Source of the DNA: an uncultured Myxococcales bacterium
GTDB lineage: Bacteria > Myxococcota_A > UBA9042
DNA: 64,000 nt
NCBI GenBank assembly: GCA_903919145.1
Contig: CAIXGW010000063.1
Span: forward strand, 8,253 to 72,252
Direction: 5' to 3'
Part shown: one piece after another, positions 44,254 through 53,889 of the stretch
Layout of the letters: every line of letters begins with the position of its first letter
Position numbering within the stretch: the stretch's first letter is position 1
The notes under the pieces: model-generated
What the model was told of the DNA's origin: nothing
Seen by the model: only the letters and a program-made list of their open reading frames with translations
Databases searched by the model: none
Made by a program: the position numbers and the translations under genes

Positions 44254-45501
44254 ATGCGCGTGGCGTTCTTGGCCATTGGCGATGAGTTGTTGCGCGGCGA
44301 GTCGCGCGAAGGCAATGGCTACTTCTTGGCGCAGCAGCTGAGCGACCGCCGGGTGCCCCTTGAACAAGTTAGGATTGTGGCTGACGATTTCTCTGCAGTG
44401 GCCCAGGCCCTGGCCGACTTTGCCAGCTCTCCGACCCTGCTCATCTGCAGCGGCGGCCTCGGCCCGACGGACGACGACTTCACCCGAGCCGCGGTGGCGG
44501 CGGCGCTGGGCGTGCCGGTGATTCGCGACCTGGAGGCCCTGGCCGCCATCCAAGGGCGGTTTGAGGCGCTGGGCCGGCCGATGCACCCCGCCAACGCGCG
44601 GCAGGCCGATTTTCCGCTAGGGGCAGAGGTCATCGCCAATCCTTTTGGCACCGCGCCGGGTTTTGTGGCCCACCAAGGCGAGCTGACGGCGGTGTGCCTT
44701 CCCGGGGTGCCCCGCGAATTCAGCGGCATGGTCCAGGCCCACCTGGACTCGTGGCTGCGGCGGGTCGGCCTGCACGCTCAGGCCCCCGGCCAGGAGGTGA
44801 CGCTGCGGCTGTTCGGCATCCCAGAGAGCGACATGCAGGGCGTGCTGTCAGGCCTGCCGCTGTACAGCGCTGCCAAGATGCGCTCTTTGCCCACCTGGCC
44901 GGAGATCCGCCTCAAGCTGGCGCCGCTGGCCGGGCAGGCCCAGGACCTTGCGGAGTTCAAGCTGTTTCTGCAGCAGGTGCACCACGCGCTGGGCTGGCGG
45001 ATCTATGGCGAAGGCGATGCCGACAGCCACCCAGCGGCGGTGCTGCGGGCATTGCAGAGTCGCGATCTGCGGGTGGCAGTGGCCGAGTCCTGCACCGGCG
45101 GGCTGATCGCCCAGCTGCTGACTTCGGTGCCCGGCGCCAGCCGCAGCGTGACGGCGGGGGTAGTGGCGTACGCCAACTCGGCCAAGACCGCCCTGCTGGG
45201 GGTCGAGGCCGCGCTCATCGACCGGCACGGCGCTGTCTCTAAGGAAGTCGCCGAGGCGATGGCCCAGGGCGCCCTGCAGGTCAGCGGCGCCGACGTGGCG
45301 GTGGCGACCACTGGGATTGCCGGGCCAGACGGCGGCACGCCAGACAAACCAGTGGGTACGCTGTGGCTGGCGCTGGCCTGGCGCGGAGGTCAGCAAAGCG
45401 TGCAACTGCAGCTGCTTGGCCTGGGCCGGGCACGCTTTCAGCTGCTGGCTGCCCACCACGCGCTCAGCTGGGTGCGGCGCTGGGCGCTGGCGGTGCTGTA
45501 G
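44254..45501 (+). CDS. cinA: CinA-family competence/damage-inducible protein (MoCF-like N domain plus PncC nicotinamide-nucleotide amidase C domain)
   Basis: ATG at 44254, 5 nt after GAGAGGTAG. MRVAFLAIGDELL..LICSGGLGPTDDD plus the C-terminal ..VAVAESCTGGLIA..TGIAGPDGGT. Confidence 0.85.
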   Translation: MRVAFLAIGDELLRGESREGNGYFLAQQLSDRRVPLEQVRIVADDFSAVAQALADFASSPTLLICSGGLGPTDDDFTRAAVAAALGVPVIRDLEALAAIQGRFEALGRPMHPANARQADFPLGAEVIANPFGTAPGFVAHQGELTAVCLPGVPREFSGMVQAHLDSWLRRVGLHAQAPGQEVTLRLFGIPESDMQGVLSGLPLYSAAKMRSLPTWPEIRLKLAPLAGQAQDLAEFKLFLQQVHHALGWRIYGEGDADSHPAAVLRALQSRDLRVAVAESCTGGLIAQLLTSVPGASRSVTAGVVAYANSAKTALLGVEAALIDRHGAVSKEVAEAMAQGALQVSGADVAVATTGIAGPDGGTPDKPVGTLWLALAWRGGQQSVQLQLLGLGRARFQLLAAHHALSWVRRWALAVL

Positions 45502-45591
45502 GGAGGCCTGCCAGAAAGCGCCTGGGTTCACTGGCAAGTTGACCGCCCGAAACTGCAGGCGCATCCTCAGGGGCAGCTTGACGGAGGTCCC

Positions 45592-46944
45592 ATGCGGATC
45601 AGCGACATCACCCTTTGGCACGTCTCAGTGCCGCTGCGTGCTCCATTCTATCCGGCCTGGATCCCTGGCCTCGCCCAGACGGAAAACCGCTTTACCCTGG
45701 TGCGCCTGGTCACGGCCAGCGGCGTGGAGGGCTGGTCGGCTGGGCCGGCCATGGAGCGCGAGCGCCAGGGCCTTGGGGCCTTGCTGGGGCCGTACATGCT
45801 GGGCGAGCGCGCCGACGATATCGCCTCTGTGCGCCAGCGGTTGCGCGAGATGAGCTACCTTGGCTGGCACCTGGGCTGGCTCGAGGCGGCGTGCTGGGAC
45901 ATCGTAGGCAAGGCCCGCGGCGTGCCGGTGTACCGGCTGCTGGGCGGTACGCCGGGGCGGGTGCAGCTGTACGCCTCGACCGGCGACGTGCGCGACGGCA
46001 AGCAGCGGGTGGTAGAGCTAGAGAAGCGCCGGGCAGAGGGCTTTGCGGCGGCCAAGCTGCGGGTCCATGCCTTTGAAGAGGCTGACGATCTTGAGCAAAT
46101 CGAGACCGCTCGGGCCGCCATGGGCCCTGAGTTCACCATGGGCATTGACGCCAATCAGGGCTGGCGCGTAGCGGTAGTGGCCGACGCGCCGCTGTGGAAC
46201 GTCGAGCGAGCCCGCCGCTTTGCCGACCGCGCCTTTGAGCTGGGCTACAAGTGGCTGGAAGAGCCCCTGGCCAATGACGACTACCCCGGTATGAGCGAGC
46301 TGCGCGCTTCGACCCGCATGGCCATCGCCGGCGCCGAACTGAACCACCACGGGCTGCCGGAAATTGGCGGAATGCTGCAGCAGCGCTGCCTCGACGTGTA
46401 CCAACCAGACGCGGTTTTTGCCGGCGGCATCAGCGAAACTTGGAAGATTGTGGCGGCTGTGGCCAAGGCCGGGGCGCGCTACACCCCGCACACCTGGACC
46501 AACGGCATCGGCTTTGCCATCAATCTGCAAGTCTTTGCCGCGTCGCCGTGGCGGGCCGACACTCTGCTTGAGTATCCGCTCAGCGAGCCCGGGTGGGTGC
46601 CCGAGCAGCGCGACGGCCTGCTGACCCAACCGTGGCTGCACCAGCAGGGCTGGCTGGACCTGCCCACCGCGCCGGGGCTGGGATTCTCTATTGATCCTGA
46701 GCAGCTGCGTCGGCACGGCCACTGCTTCTATCGCGGCACCAAGCTGCGGGTAGCGGTTCGCGCCGTGCTCGACAAGGGCATCAAGACCGCCAAAGCCCTG
46801 GGGGCCGTTCGCGATGCCCGGCTGGCCGCGCGCCATGCCCAGCTGGACAGCCAGACCGCTGCCGGCGTGGACCCGCTGGCCGAGTTTGTGCAGCCGGTCC
46901 AGGCCTTGCCGCGCAGCGACTGGAAGTTGGCGGATCTGCCGTGA
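45592..46944 (+). CDS. Enolase-superfamily enzyme (mandelate racemase/muconate lactonizing family)
   Basis: GGAGG 5 nt upstream. Capping domain, then a barrel with KLRVH, MGIDANQGW, EEPL and AGAE metal/base ligand motifs. Confidence 0.75.
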   Translation: MRISDITLWHVSVPLRAPFYPAWIPGLAQTENRFTLVRLVTASGVEGWSAGPAMERERQGLGALLGPYMLGERADDIASVRQRLREMSYLGWHLGWLEAACWDIVGKARGVPVYRLLGGTPGRVQLYASTGDVRDGKQRVVELEKRRAEGFAAAKLRVHAFEEADDLEQIETARAAMGPEFTMGIDANQGWRVAVVADAPLWNVERARRFADRAFELGYKWLEEPLANDDYPGMSELRASTRMAIAGAELNHHGLPEIGGMLQQRCLDVYQPDAVFAGGISETWKIVAAVAKAGARYTPHTWTNGIGFAINLQVFAASPWRADTLLEYPLSEPGWVPEQRDGLLTQPWLHQQGWLDLPTAPGLGFSIDPEQLRRHGHCFYRGTKLRVAVRAVLDKGIKTAKALGAVRDARLAARHAQLDSQTAAGVDPLAEFVQPVQALPRSDWKLADLP

Positions 46945-47462
46945 AATGGTCGCGCCGGCGCTTTGTGGTCGCCGCCCTGGCAGGGGTCGGCGCCGCCGGG
47001 GCTGCTGGCGGCGGACTGCTGGCGCTGCGCGGGGCGGCGCCGCCGGTAGAGGGCCTCAAGGTGCTGTCTGGCCAGGCCTACCGCACATTTTCTGCCATTG
47101 CGGCAGCGCACTTGCCCGCTGGCGGGGCCTTTGCCGCCGGTGCCGCTGAGTTTGAGTTGGCGCGGCTCTTTGACGGCTATCTGGCCGACCAGCCCGCCGA
47201 CGAGCAGCGCGAAGCCCTGGCTGCGCTTCACCTTGTAGAGTTTGGTCCCTTGCTGTTTGAGCGGCGCTGGGCCACGTTTTCGCAGCTGGCGCCGGCCGAC
47301 CAGCTGGCTCACTGGCGCGGCTGGGCGCGGGCCAGGGCGCAGGTCCGCCGCGAAATCTACAGCGGCTTTGCCAAGTTCATTGGCATGGCCTTCTATGACC
47401 GACCCGAGGTGTGGCCCCACATTGGCTATCCCGGACCGTCTTTTGCCAGGCTGGCCCCATGA
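46941..47462 (+). CDS. Tat-signal small subunit of a GMC-type (gluconate 2-dehydrogenase-like) dehydrogenase
   Basis: GTGA overlap with the upstream gene. Twin-arginine signal SRRRFVVAALAGVGAAGAAGG. 173 aa. ATGA-coupled to the flavoprotein gene. Confidence 0.7.
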   Translation: MKWSRRRFVVAALAGVGAAGAAGGGLLALRGAAPPVEGLKVLSGQAYRTFSAIAAAHLPAGGAFAAGAAEFELARLFDGYLADQPADEQREALAALHLVEFGPLLFERRWATFSQLAPADQLAHWRGWARARAQVRREIYSGFAKFIGMAFYDRPEVWPHIGYPGPSFARLAP

Positions 47463-49003
47463 GCACCATTGTCGATTGCTCTCAGCCGGGTTTTGCCCCC
47501 GCGGACCTGCGCTGCGAAGTGGTGGTCATTGGCTCTGGCTGCGGCGGGGCCACGGCGGCGCGCGTGCTGGCCCAAGCAGGCCGAGACGTGGTCCTGCTGG
47601 AAGAGGGAGGCGACTTTGAGGGGCCTGAGCGACTGACCCAGCGCGACCTGACCATGTATGACCAGCTCTACGCTGGCCGCGGCGCGCGCACCACCAGCGA
47701 CCGCTCGATTGCGGTGCAGTCGGGCAGGGTCCTGGGCGGCGGTGGGGTGATCAATGCCTGCGACGTAGTGCCAGTGGCACCGCAGACGTGGCAGCTTTGG
47801 CAGCAGCGCTACGGCCTCACCGAGCTTTCTGCAGAAGCAATGCGCCCTTTTGCCGCCCTGGCGCTGCAAGACCTGGGCGCCAACCCAATCCGCGAAGACC
47901 AGCTGAATCGCAACAACTTGCTGCTGCGCCAGGGGGCTCAGGCGCTGGGCTGGCGCGGCGAGGTGATGCAACACAACCGCCAGGATTGCAAAGGGTTGGG
48001 CAGTTGCCTAGTTGGTTGCCCGATCGGCGCCAAGCGCAATCCGCGCAGGGTGTCGGTGCCGCTGGCCCTGGCTGCCGGGGCGCGAATCCTGACCCGGGCG
48101 CGAGCGGTAGAGATTCGCGGCGGCGGCCGCCCGCAAAAAACCGTGGTGGTGCGCACGCTGGACGCCAAGGGCTACCACCCGCAGGCCACCTTCCAGGTGC
48201 AGGCCCAGGTGGTGGTGGTGGCGGCCAATCCGGTGGGCACGGTGCAGCTGCTGCTGGCCTCGGGGATCGGCAATCCATGGGTGGGCCATTTCTTGAGCCT
48301 GCAGCCGCAGATCCCCATCACCGCGCTGCTGCCGGACCCGGTCGACGCTTTTTTGGGGATTCCGCAGGCTTACGCCGTCACCGAGTTTGAGCGGCACGAC
48401 CCCCAACGCGGCCTCAGCGGATTTCGCATCGAGCCGATTTTTGGCACCCCAGGCGTGATTGGCTCAATGGTGACCGACCCAGGCCCAGAGGGAAAGCAGC
48501 TGATGGCGCGCATGAGGCACCTGGCGGCCGCGCTGTTGCTGCTGCCCGATGAGTCGGTGGGGCGGATTCGCCGCAGCTGGTCATCTGGCAAGCCCATTAT
48601 CGACTACACCTTGACGGAGGAGTATCGCCAGCGCGGTCGCCAAGCCATTGTGGCCGCAGCCAAGCTGTACCTGACGGTTGGCGCCGAGTCGGTCCTGCTG
48701 CCGACCGCACCGCCGCTGGTCCTGCGCAGCCAGCAAGACCTTGCCAAGATTGAGCAAACCGTAACGCTGGCCCCAGCGACCCTGCCGCTCATCAGTGCTC
48801 ACCAGCAGGGCGGGATGCGCATGGCACCGGCGCCGGAGCTGGGGCCCTGTGACCCCCACGGGCAGGTCTGGGGCGCGCCGGGCATCTATGTGATGGATGG
48901 CTCTGTGTTTCCCAGTTCCAGCTCCAGCCACACCATGGCGCCGATCCTGACCATGGCCCACTACCTGGCGGGGCGGCTGGCGGCGGAGTGGCCGCGGGGC
49001 TAG
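47459..49003 (+). CDS. GMC-family FAD-dependent oxidoreductase, large subunit
   Basis: VVVIGSGCGGATAARVLAQAG Rossmann motif. GMC_oxred_N and C regions with active-site His in ..HQQGGMRMA... Confidence 0.8.
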   Translation: MSTIVDCSQPGFAPADLRCEVVVIGSGCGGATAARVLAQAGRDVVLLEEGGDFEGPERLTQRDLTMYDQLYAGRGARTTSDRSIAVQSGRVLGGGGVINACDVVPVAPQTWQLWQQRYGLTELSAEAMRPFAALALQDLGANPIREDQLNRNNLLLRQGAQALGWRGEVMQHNRQDCKGLGSCLVGCPIGAKRNPRRVSVPLALAAGARILTRARAVEIRGGGRPQKTVVVRTLDAKGYHPQATFQVQAQVVVVAANPVGTVQLLLASGIGNPWVGHFLSLQPQIPITALLPDPVDAFLGIPQAYAVTEFERHDPQRGLSGFRIEPIFGTPGVIGSMVTDPGPEGKQLMARMRHLAAALLLLPDESVGRIRRSWSSGKPIIDYTLTEEYRQRGRQAIVAAAKLYLTVGAESVLLPTAPPLVLRSQQDLAKIEQTVTLAPATLPLISAHQQGGMRMAPAPELGPCDPHGQVWGAPGIYVMDGSVFPSSSSSHTMAPILTMAHYLAGRLAAEWPRG

Positions 49004-49139
49004 GGGCGTGGCAGACCAGCCCGGCAGATCACAGAGAACTGCTTAAAACTGTTGGATGGCATCGGTCTGGCGCTGCGCTCCTAAGCTGGGCGTCTCGCCA
49101 GCGCCCAGGTGGGCGAACCAGTCGAACTCAGGGGCAATC

Positions 49140-52100
49140 CTAGTTGCACAGCCCGCCGCTGCACTTGCCCAGGCCACACGCCATGCCATCTGGCGCGGTG
49201 GGGTGCAGGCAGACGCCGGCCAGGCAGTTCTCCAGCGTGCACGGGTTGCCGTCGTCGCAGCCGGCATAGGTCTTGGCGGCGCAGCCTGCGCTCTCGCTGC
49301 AGTCTGGGTTGCCCCAGGCATCGACACGGAACAACGGAGAAAGCTTGACGTTGCTGTTGGGCTCGCGCAGGGCAATGACGGCGCCTTGGCCACTGCGCGC
49401 GGCGACGGGCACGTAGCCGCCCCACTGGCCGCTGACCGTCCAGGCCTTGCTGAACAGCACCTTGCCATCGCTCAGGCGCAGCCGCGTCCACAACCAGCCA
49501 GAGACCTTCCAGTCGCCGATGCTGGAGACCACCACCACGGTATCGCCTTCGGTCCACACGCCGCCTACCACCTCGTCACTGCCCAGGCTGCTGACCAGCG
49601 GTGTCTGCCACAAGGTAGTGCCGTCCGGGCCAAAGCGGGCCACGCCCAGTTCCTGCCATGGGCTGGAGCAGGAGCTACTGCCACAGGACTTGTAGGTGCG
49701 GCCCGCGGCGACCACGTCATCCGTCGCTGCGACCTTGACCGCTTGAAAGTCGATCCAAGAGGTCCACACGGTCAGGTTGAGCTTGATGGGGGACCCAGGC
49801 ACGCCCGCAGCCGAGAATTTGGTCAGATACATCGGCGGGCCATCGCTGAGGTTGGGGTTGGCGTAGAGCAAGGTCTCGCCGCCTTCGGTCACGCTCAAGA
49901 AGCCGCTGGAGTGGGTCATGGGGGTCTTGATCCGCCAAGAGACCACGCCGCTCTGAGACAGCCGGATGAGCTCGGTCTGGTAGGCGTTGCCGGTCGAGCT
50001 GCCCATCACCACTACCGTGCCACCTTGGGGGTGCGCGGCGAGCATGGTCAAGTTGGGCCAGCCGTACCCGCTGAGGGCTGGAATCTGCACCTGCACCTCA
50101 GGCACGCCGGCATTGCCAATCAGCAACACCTCATTGCCCCTGGCGATCCACGTGCCCTGGGCTGTCCAGGCGGTAGTGTGCCACGCGGGCTCTCCTGTGA
50201 GAGACCAGTTGGCCGTCACGCTGCCGCCAGCCGAGGTGCGCCCCAGCCACGCCGTGCCCTTGGAGGCTCCCGCGGGGTACCAAACGCCCGCCCACTGGGT
50301 GGTGCCGTCTGCCAAAGCCTGCGCCCGCCAGGGCACCACCGTCCCTCCCGTTACCCCTAGGGTTTTCTGCCACAGCCCAGGCCCTTGCGAGGCGCACTTG
50401 CCGCCCGTGCAGGCAAACGCTTCGCAGCCGCTGCCGCCTACAGCGGTGCAGGGCGCTCCGTCGGCGGCTGGCGCCTTGGTGCACTGGCCCTGGCTGCAGC
50501 CATCGGCGGTGCACGGATCGCCGTCATCGCAGGCCATGGAGATCCAGGCAGTGCCTAGGGAATTGCAGGTCTGCACGGCGCTGCCCAGGCACTGCTTGGC
50601 CCCGGGCAGGCACACGGCTGGCGGCACCTCGCACTTGCCGCCATCGCACACCTGACCCATGGCCGCGCACTTGCTCAAGACCGTTGCCTTGGTGCCGGTG
50701 GAATCGCAGGTCGCGACGTCATCGCCCTGACAATACGTCTGCCACGGCACGCACACCTTGGCCTTGCACTCGCCTTTGTTGATGCACACCTGTCCACTGG
50801 GGCAGGGGGCTTGCTTGGACCAGCCGGCGTCTTTGGTGCAGAAACCCGGCACGCCATCGACGCAGCCGTAGTTGCCAAAGATGCAGGGGTTGGTCACGCA
50901 GCTGCCGCTCTTGCAGGAGGCGCCGTTCTGCTGACAGTCCAAGAGGTTTTGCCAGACGCCGCCGATGGCACAGGTCTGCACAATGTCGCCGCTGCACTGG
51001 ACTTGGCCAAGGCTGCAGGGCGGCACCACGCACTGCCCGCTGCTGCACACTTTGCCCGCCTCGCAAGGGGTCGTTTGGTAGGCCTCGCCGTCGGCAGCAC
51101 AGGTCTGCAGGGTCTTGCCGTCGGCACAGGAGACCGCGCCGGCCGTGCACAGGGGGGCTTTCACGCAGGCCCCGGCTTGGCAGATCGTGGGCGACGGGCA
51201 AGGCGCCGCAGTCGTTTTTGCGGTCCCGGTGGCGTCGCAGGTGGCAACCGCGTTGTCTTGGCAGGTCTTGGAGCCGGGAGTACAGACCAGCGGCTTGCAC
51301 AGCCCTTTGCCGGCCTCCACTACGCAGGTCTGGTTGCTGGCGCACGGCCCGCTCTGCCAAAGGCCTTGAGCCGTGCACGTCTGCAGCGCGCTGCCGGCGC
51401 AGCTGGTCTGGCCGCTGGCGCACACCTTGCTGGCACAAGCGCCCGCCAAGCAGACCTTTTCCGCAGGGCAGTCCTTGGCTGCCGACCACTGCAGGCCGTT
51501 GTCGGCACAGGTCTGCCACTGTGGCCCTTGGCACTGGCTGGCGCCGGGCTGGCAGATCTGCGCCTTGCACACGCCGCCCTCGCAGCCCTGATCCTTGGCG
51601 CACGCAGCCTTGATCCACTGTCCGCCATTGCACAATTCGCGGGTCAGCGCATCGGCGCACTGCGCATCGCCGTCTAGGCACAGCTGGGTCACGCACTGGT
51701 TGTCTACGCAGGTCGCACCGCCGTCGCAGTCGGTTGGGTCCACGCACTGCACGCACTGGCCCTTGGATTTGTCGCACACTTGGTCGCCGTCGCACTCTTT
51801 GGTGCTGGCACAGGGCTTGGCCGGGGCCACACACACCCGATCTGCACAGGTCCAGTCTGGCTGGCAGTCCACGCTCTCTTCGCATTGCACGCAGTGGCCA
51901 GCCGAGGAGTCGCACACCGCGTCTAGGCTGGTGCAGTTCTTGTCGCTCTTGCACGGCACGGCAGGCGAGCACACGCCGTCAAAGCACGCTTGGTCAGCGG
52001 CGCACTGGGCTTGACCCTGGCAGCCGCTGGCGGGCGCATCGCCGGCCCCGCCATCGCCGACGGCATCCTTGTCTTGTAGCCCGCCGTCCTGGATGTCTTG

Positions 52101-52292
52101 GTCGGTGCCAGAGGCTCCCAGGTCATTGCCGGCTTGACCGCTGTCGGCAACGCTCAGGCTTGGCGAGGTCTCGGGCCCGCCTCCGCAGCCCGCCAGCCAC
52201 GCGGCCAGCACCGCCACACCAGCTAACTGGGCCCAGCACCGCCGCCTGTCGCCTCGTGAATGCCAGTTCAACGGTGCCTCCCCGGGGTTCAT
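49140..52292 (-). CDS. 1050 aa lipoprotein: about nine tandem 43 aa eight-Cys modules, a beta-propeller-like region, and a C-terminal CDDGNPC motif
   Basis: Lipobox LAGCGGG. Recurrent modules such as (I/V)CxxGxxxCxGxxxQTCxxxGxWxxxxxCxxxxxCxxGxC. The C-terminus is ..GCDDGNPCTLENC... Confidence 0.7.
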   Translation of the reverse strand: MNPGEAPLNWHSRGDRRRCWAQLAGVAVLAAWLAGCGGGPETSPSLSVADSGQAGNDLGASGTDQDIQDGGLQDKDAVGDGGAGDAPASGCQGQAQCAADQACFDGVCSPAVPCKSDKNCTSLDAVCDSSAGHCVQCEESVDCQPDWTCADRVCVAPAKPCASTKECDGDQVCDKSKGQCVQCVDPTDCDGGATCVDNQCVTQLCLDGDAQCADALTRELCNGGQWIKAACAKDQGCEGGVCKAQICQPGASQCQGPQWQTCADNGLQWSAAKDCPAEKVCLAGACASKVCASGQTSCAGSALQTCTAQGLWQSGPCASNQTCVVEAGKGLCKPLVCTPGSKTCQDNAVATCDATGTAKTTAAPCPSPTICQAGACVKAPLCTAGAVSCADGKTLQTCAADGEAYQTTPCEAGKVCSSGQCVVPPCSLGQVQCSGDIVQTCAIGGVWQNLLDCQQNGASCKSGSCVTNPCIFGNYGCVDGVPGFCTKDAGWSKQAPCPSGQVCINKGECKAKVCVPWQTYCQGDDVATCDSTGTKATVLSKCAAMGQVCDGGKCEVPPAVCLPGAKQCLGSAVQTCNSLGTAWISMACDDGDPCTADGCSQGQCTKAPAADGAPCTAVGGSGCEAFACTGGKCASQGPGLWQKTLGVTGGTVVPWRAQALADGTTQWAGVWYPAGASKGTAWLGRTSAGGSVTANWSLTGEPAWHTTAWTAQGTWIARGNEVLLIGNAGVPEVQVQIPALSGYGWPNLTMLAAHPQGGTVVVMGSSTGNAYQTELIRLSQSGVVSWRIKTPMTHSSGFLSVTEGGETLLYANPNLSDGPPMYLTKFSAAGVPGSPIKLNLTVWTSWIDFQAVKVAATDDVVAAGRTYKSCGSSSCSSPWQELGVARFGPDGTTLWQTPLVSSLGSDEVVGGVWTEGDTVVVVSSIGDWKVSGWLWTRLRLSDGKVLFSKAWTVSGQWGGYVPVAARSGQGAVIALREPNSNVKLSPLFRVDAWGNPDCSESAGCAAKTYAGCDDGNPCTLENCLAGVCLHPTAPDGMACGLGKCSGGLCN

Positions 52293-52396
52293 TGCGCCTG
52301 CCTAGCCGAGCCCTTGCTGGCTGTGCGAATGGACTGCGCGCAGTGGTGCCACAGAACGGCAATTGTGACGATCCCCGCGCCGGCGGTCAATGCGGT

Positions 52397-52699
52397 GCCG
52401 CGCCATCGGACATTGCCCTGGGGACTGTCCGACGGCCCGCCGTGTCGCATCGGACACTGCCCTGGGGAGTGTCCGACGGCCGCCGTGTCGCATCGGACAT
52501 TGCCCTGGGGACTGTCCGACGGCCCGCCGTGTCGCATCGGACATTGCCCTGGGGAGTGTCCGACGGCCCGCCGTGTCGCATCGGACATTGCCCTGGGGAG
52601 TGTCCGACGGCCTGCCGTGTCGCATCGGACATTGCCCTGGGGAGTGTCCGACGGCCCGCCGTGTCGCATCGGACACTGCCCTGGGGAGTGTCCGAGGGC
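52397..52699. repeat. Tandem array of seven copies of a 44 bp palindromic unit GTGTCGCATCGGACAYTGCCCTGGGGASTGTCCGACGGCCCGCC
   Basis: The hairpin cores begin at 52404, 52448, 52491, 52535, 52579, 52623 and 52667. The period is 44 bp (one unit is 43 bp). Each unit contains the inverted repeat CGGACA..TGTCCG around CCCTGGGG. Units differ only by 1-2 SNPs. There are no unique spacers. Confidence 0.9.
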
Positions 52700-53568
52700 T
52701 ACGCCACGCCCCACTCAACCGGCACCCCAACCTGCTGGCAAGACAGGCGCCACAACCGCTCGATGTCGTCGGCTCTGCCCGCCTGAGGGGCCGGCTGCGC
52801 AGGCTGCGACCGCGCGAAATACTGGCCGCTCAGCGCCTCAAGCCCGGGCGCCAGTGCGCAATACACAGATGTGGCGGCGCCTTCCTGCAAGCTGTCGGGG
52901 CCGTCCATGCCAAAGCCCTCTCGCAGCAGCTTGGTGCCCACCACGCCTGGATGCAGGCTGAAGGCGCTTAGCTGCGCCGCGTCAAAGCGCTGTGCCAGGG
53001 CGCGGGCAAACATCACATTGGCCAGCTTGGACTGGGCATAGGCGGCGTAGCCCGTCTGCTGTTGCAGGTGATCCCAGTGGATCTGCCCGCGGTTGTGCGC
53101 CACAGACGCGACCACGACCACCCGCGCCGGTGCCGAGCGCAGCAGCAATGGCAACAGCTCGTGAGTCAGCAGCAGGGGCGCCAAGTGGTTGACCTGCCAG
53201 CTGCGTTCCAGCGGATCGACCTGCCCAGTGGCGCCCCGGGCCTGCGCGGCGGCAGCGGCTGGACCGGCGGTCGAAAACACCCCGGCATTGTGAATGACCC
53301 GGTCCAACCGCGGCAGCTGTTCGACCAGTTGCGCGGCTCCGCGGCGAATCGCGGCAAAGTCGGCCAGGTCAAAGACCACCCCCTGGGGCTGGGCGCGACC
53401 GCAGAGCGCTGCGAGTTCAGCGCTCACCGCCTGAACTTTTACCCCGTCGCGACCATGCACGACCACCTGAGCGCCGCGGCTGACCAACTGGCGGGCGGTC
53501 TCGCGGCCGATGCCGTCCGTCGACCCGGTCACAAGGACTACTAGAGAAAGAGGGGTACTGCTGCTCAC
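52699..53568 (-). CDS. Short-chain dehydrogenase/reductase (SDR) family oxidoreductase
   Basis: VLVTGSTDGIGRETARQL is the TGxxxGxG NAD(P)-binding motif. The YxxxK catalytic region is present. Confidence 0.8.
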   Translation of the reverse strand: MSSSTPLSLVVLVTGSTDGIGRETARQLVSRGAQVVVHGRDGVKVQAVSAELAALCGRAQPQGVVFDLADFAAIRRGAAQLVEQLPRLDRVIHNAGVFSTAGPAAAAAQARGATGQVDPLERSWQVNHLAPLLLTHELLPLLLRSAPARVVVVASVAHNRGQIHWDHLQQQTGYAAYAQSKLANVMFARALAQRFDAAQLSAFSLHPGVVGTKLLREGFGMDGPDSLQEGAATSVYCALAPGLEALSGQYFARSQPAQPAPQAGRADDIERLWRLSCQQVGVPVEWGVA

Positions 53569-53604
53569 CTGGACCTCCGATGCTGGCGCTTTCCTGGATT
53601 GGGC

Positions 53605-53799
53605 TCAGCGCGCCGGCGGAAACACTTTGCCCACCGTGTAGTGGACCGGGCAAAACCCAGTAAACAAGCTGGATACCATCACCACGCCGTCCGCAGCGGC
53701 GATCGCCAAGAACCGCGGGTCCACGTAGTAGCCCAGGGCCAAGCTGCTGAGGTTGAGCAACGCTATGATGCCGTCGTGGAATTTTGTCTGTTTGGTCAA
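53605..53799 (-). CDS. DUF2892 (YgaP-like) small two-TM membrane protein, 64 aa
   Basis: TTG at 53797-53799, 6 nt after AGGAGG. LTKQTKFHDGIIALLNLSSLALGYYVDP..MVSSLFTGFCPVHYTVGKVF resembles the YgaP C-terminal TM module. The consensus GFCP(L/V)Y is from memory. Confidence 0.55.
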   Translation of the reverse strand: MTKQTKFHDGIIALLNLSSLALGYYVDPRFLAIAAADGVVMVSSLFTGFCPVHYTVGKVFPPAR

Positions 53800-53889
53800 G
53801 GGAATCCTCCTGTGGGGGCTGGCTATGCACGCCGAAAGGGTGCGCGCTGGCCGGCAGACCATAGCAGACCGCCGGCGCAAGCACGACTG

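Noticed and set aside
52293-52396. Sigma-54 promoter (TGGCAC -24 element) for the Cys-module lipoprotein, with the 44 bp array as its enhancer
   Set aside because: TGGCAC is present, but the -12 GC falls at a spacing of 9 or 11 nt rather than 10, inside a GCGCGC run. I kept this only as a hypothesis inside the array finding.
52397-52699. CRISPR array
   Set aside because: The 44 bp units are contiguous and essentially identical, with no unique spacers. No cas genes lie anywhere in the window. The units are themselves palindromic, which is unlike typical repeat-spacer organisation.
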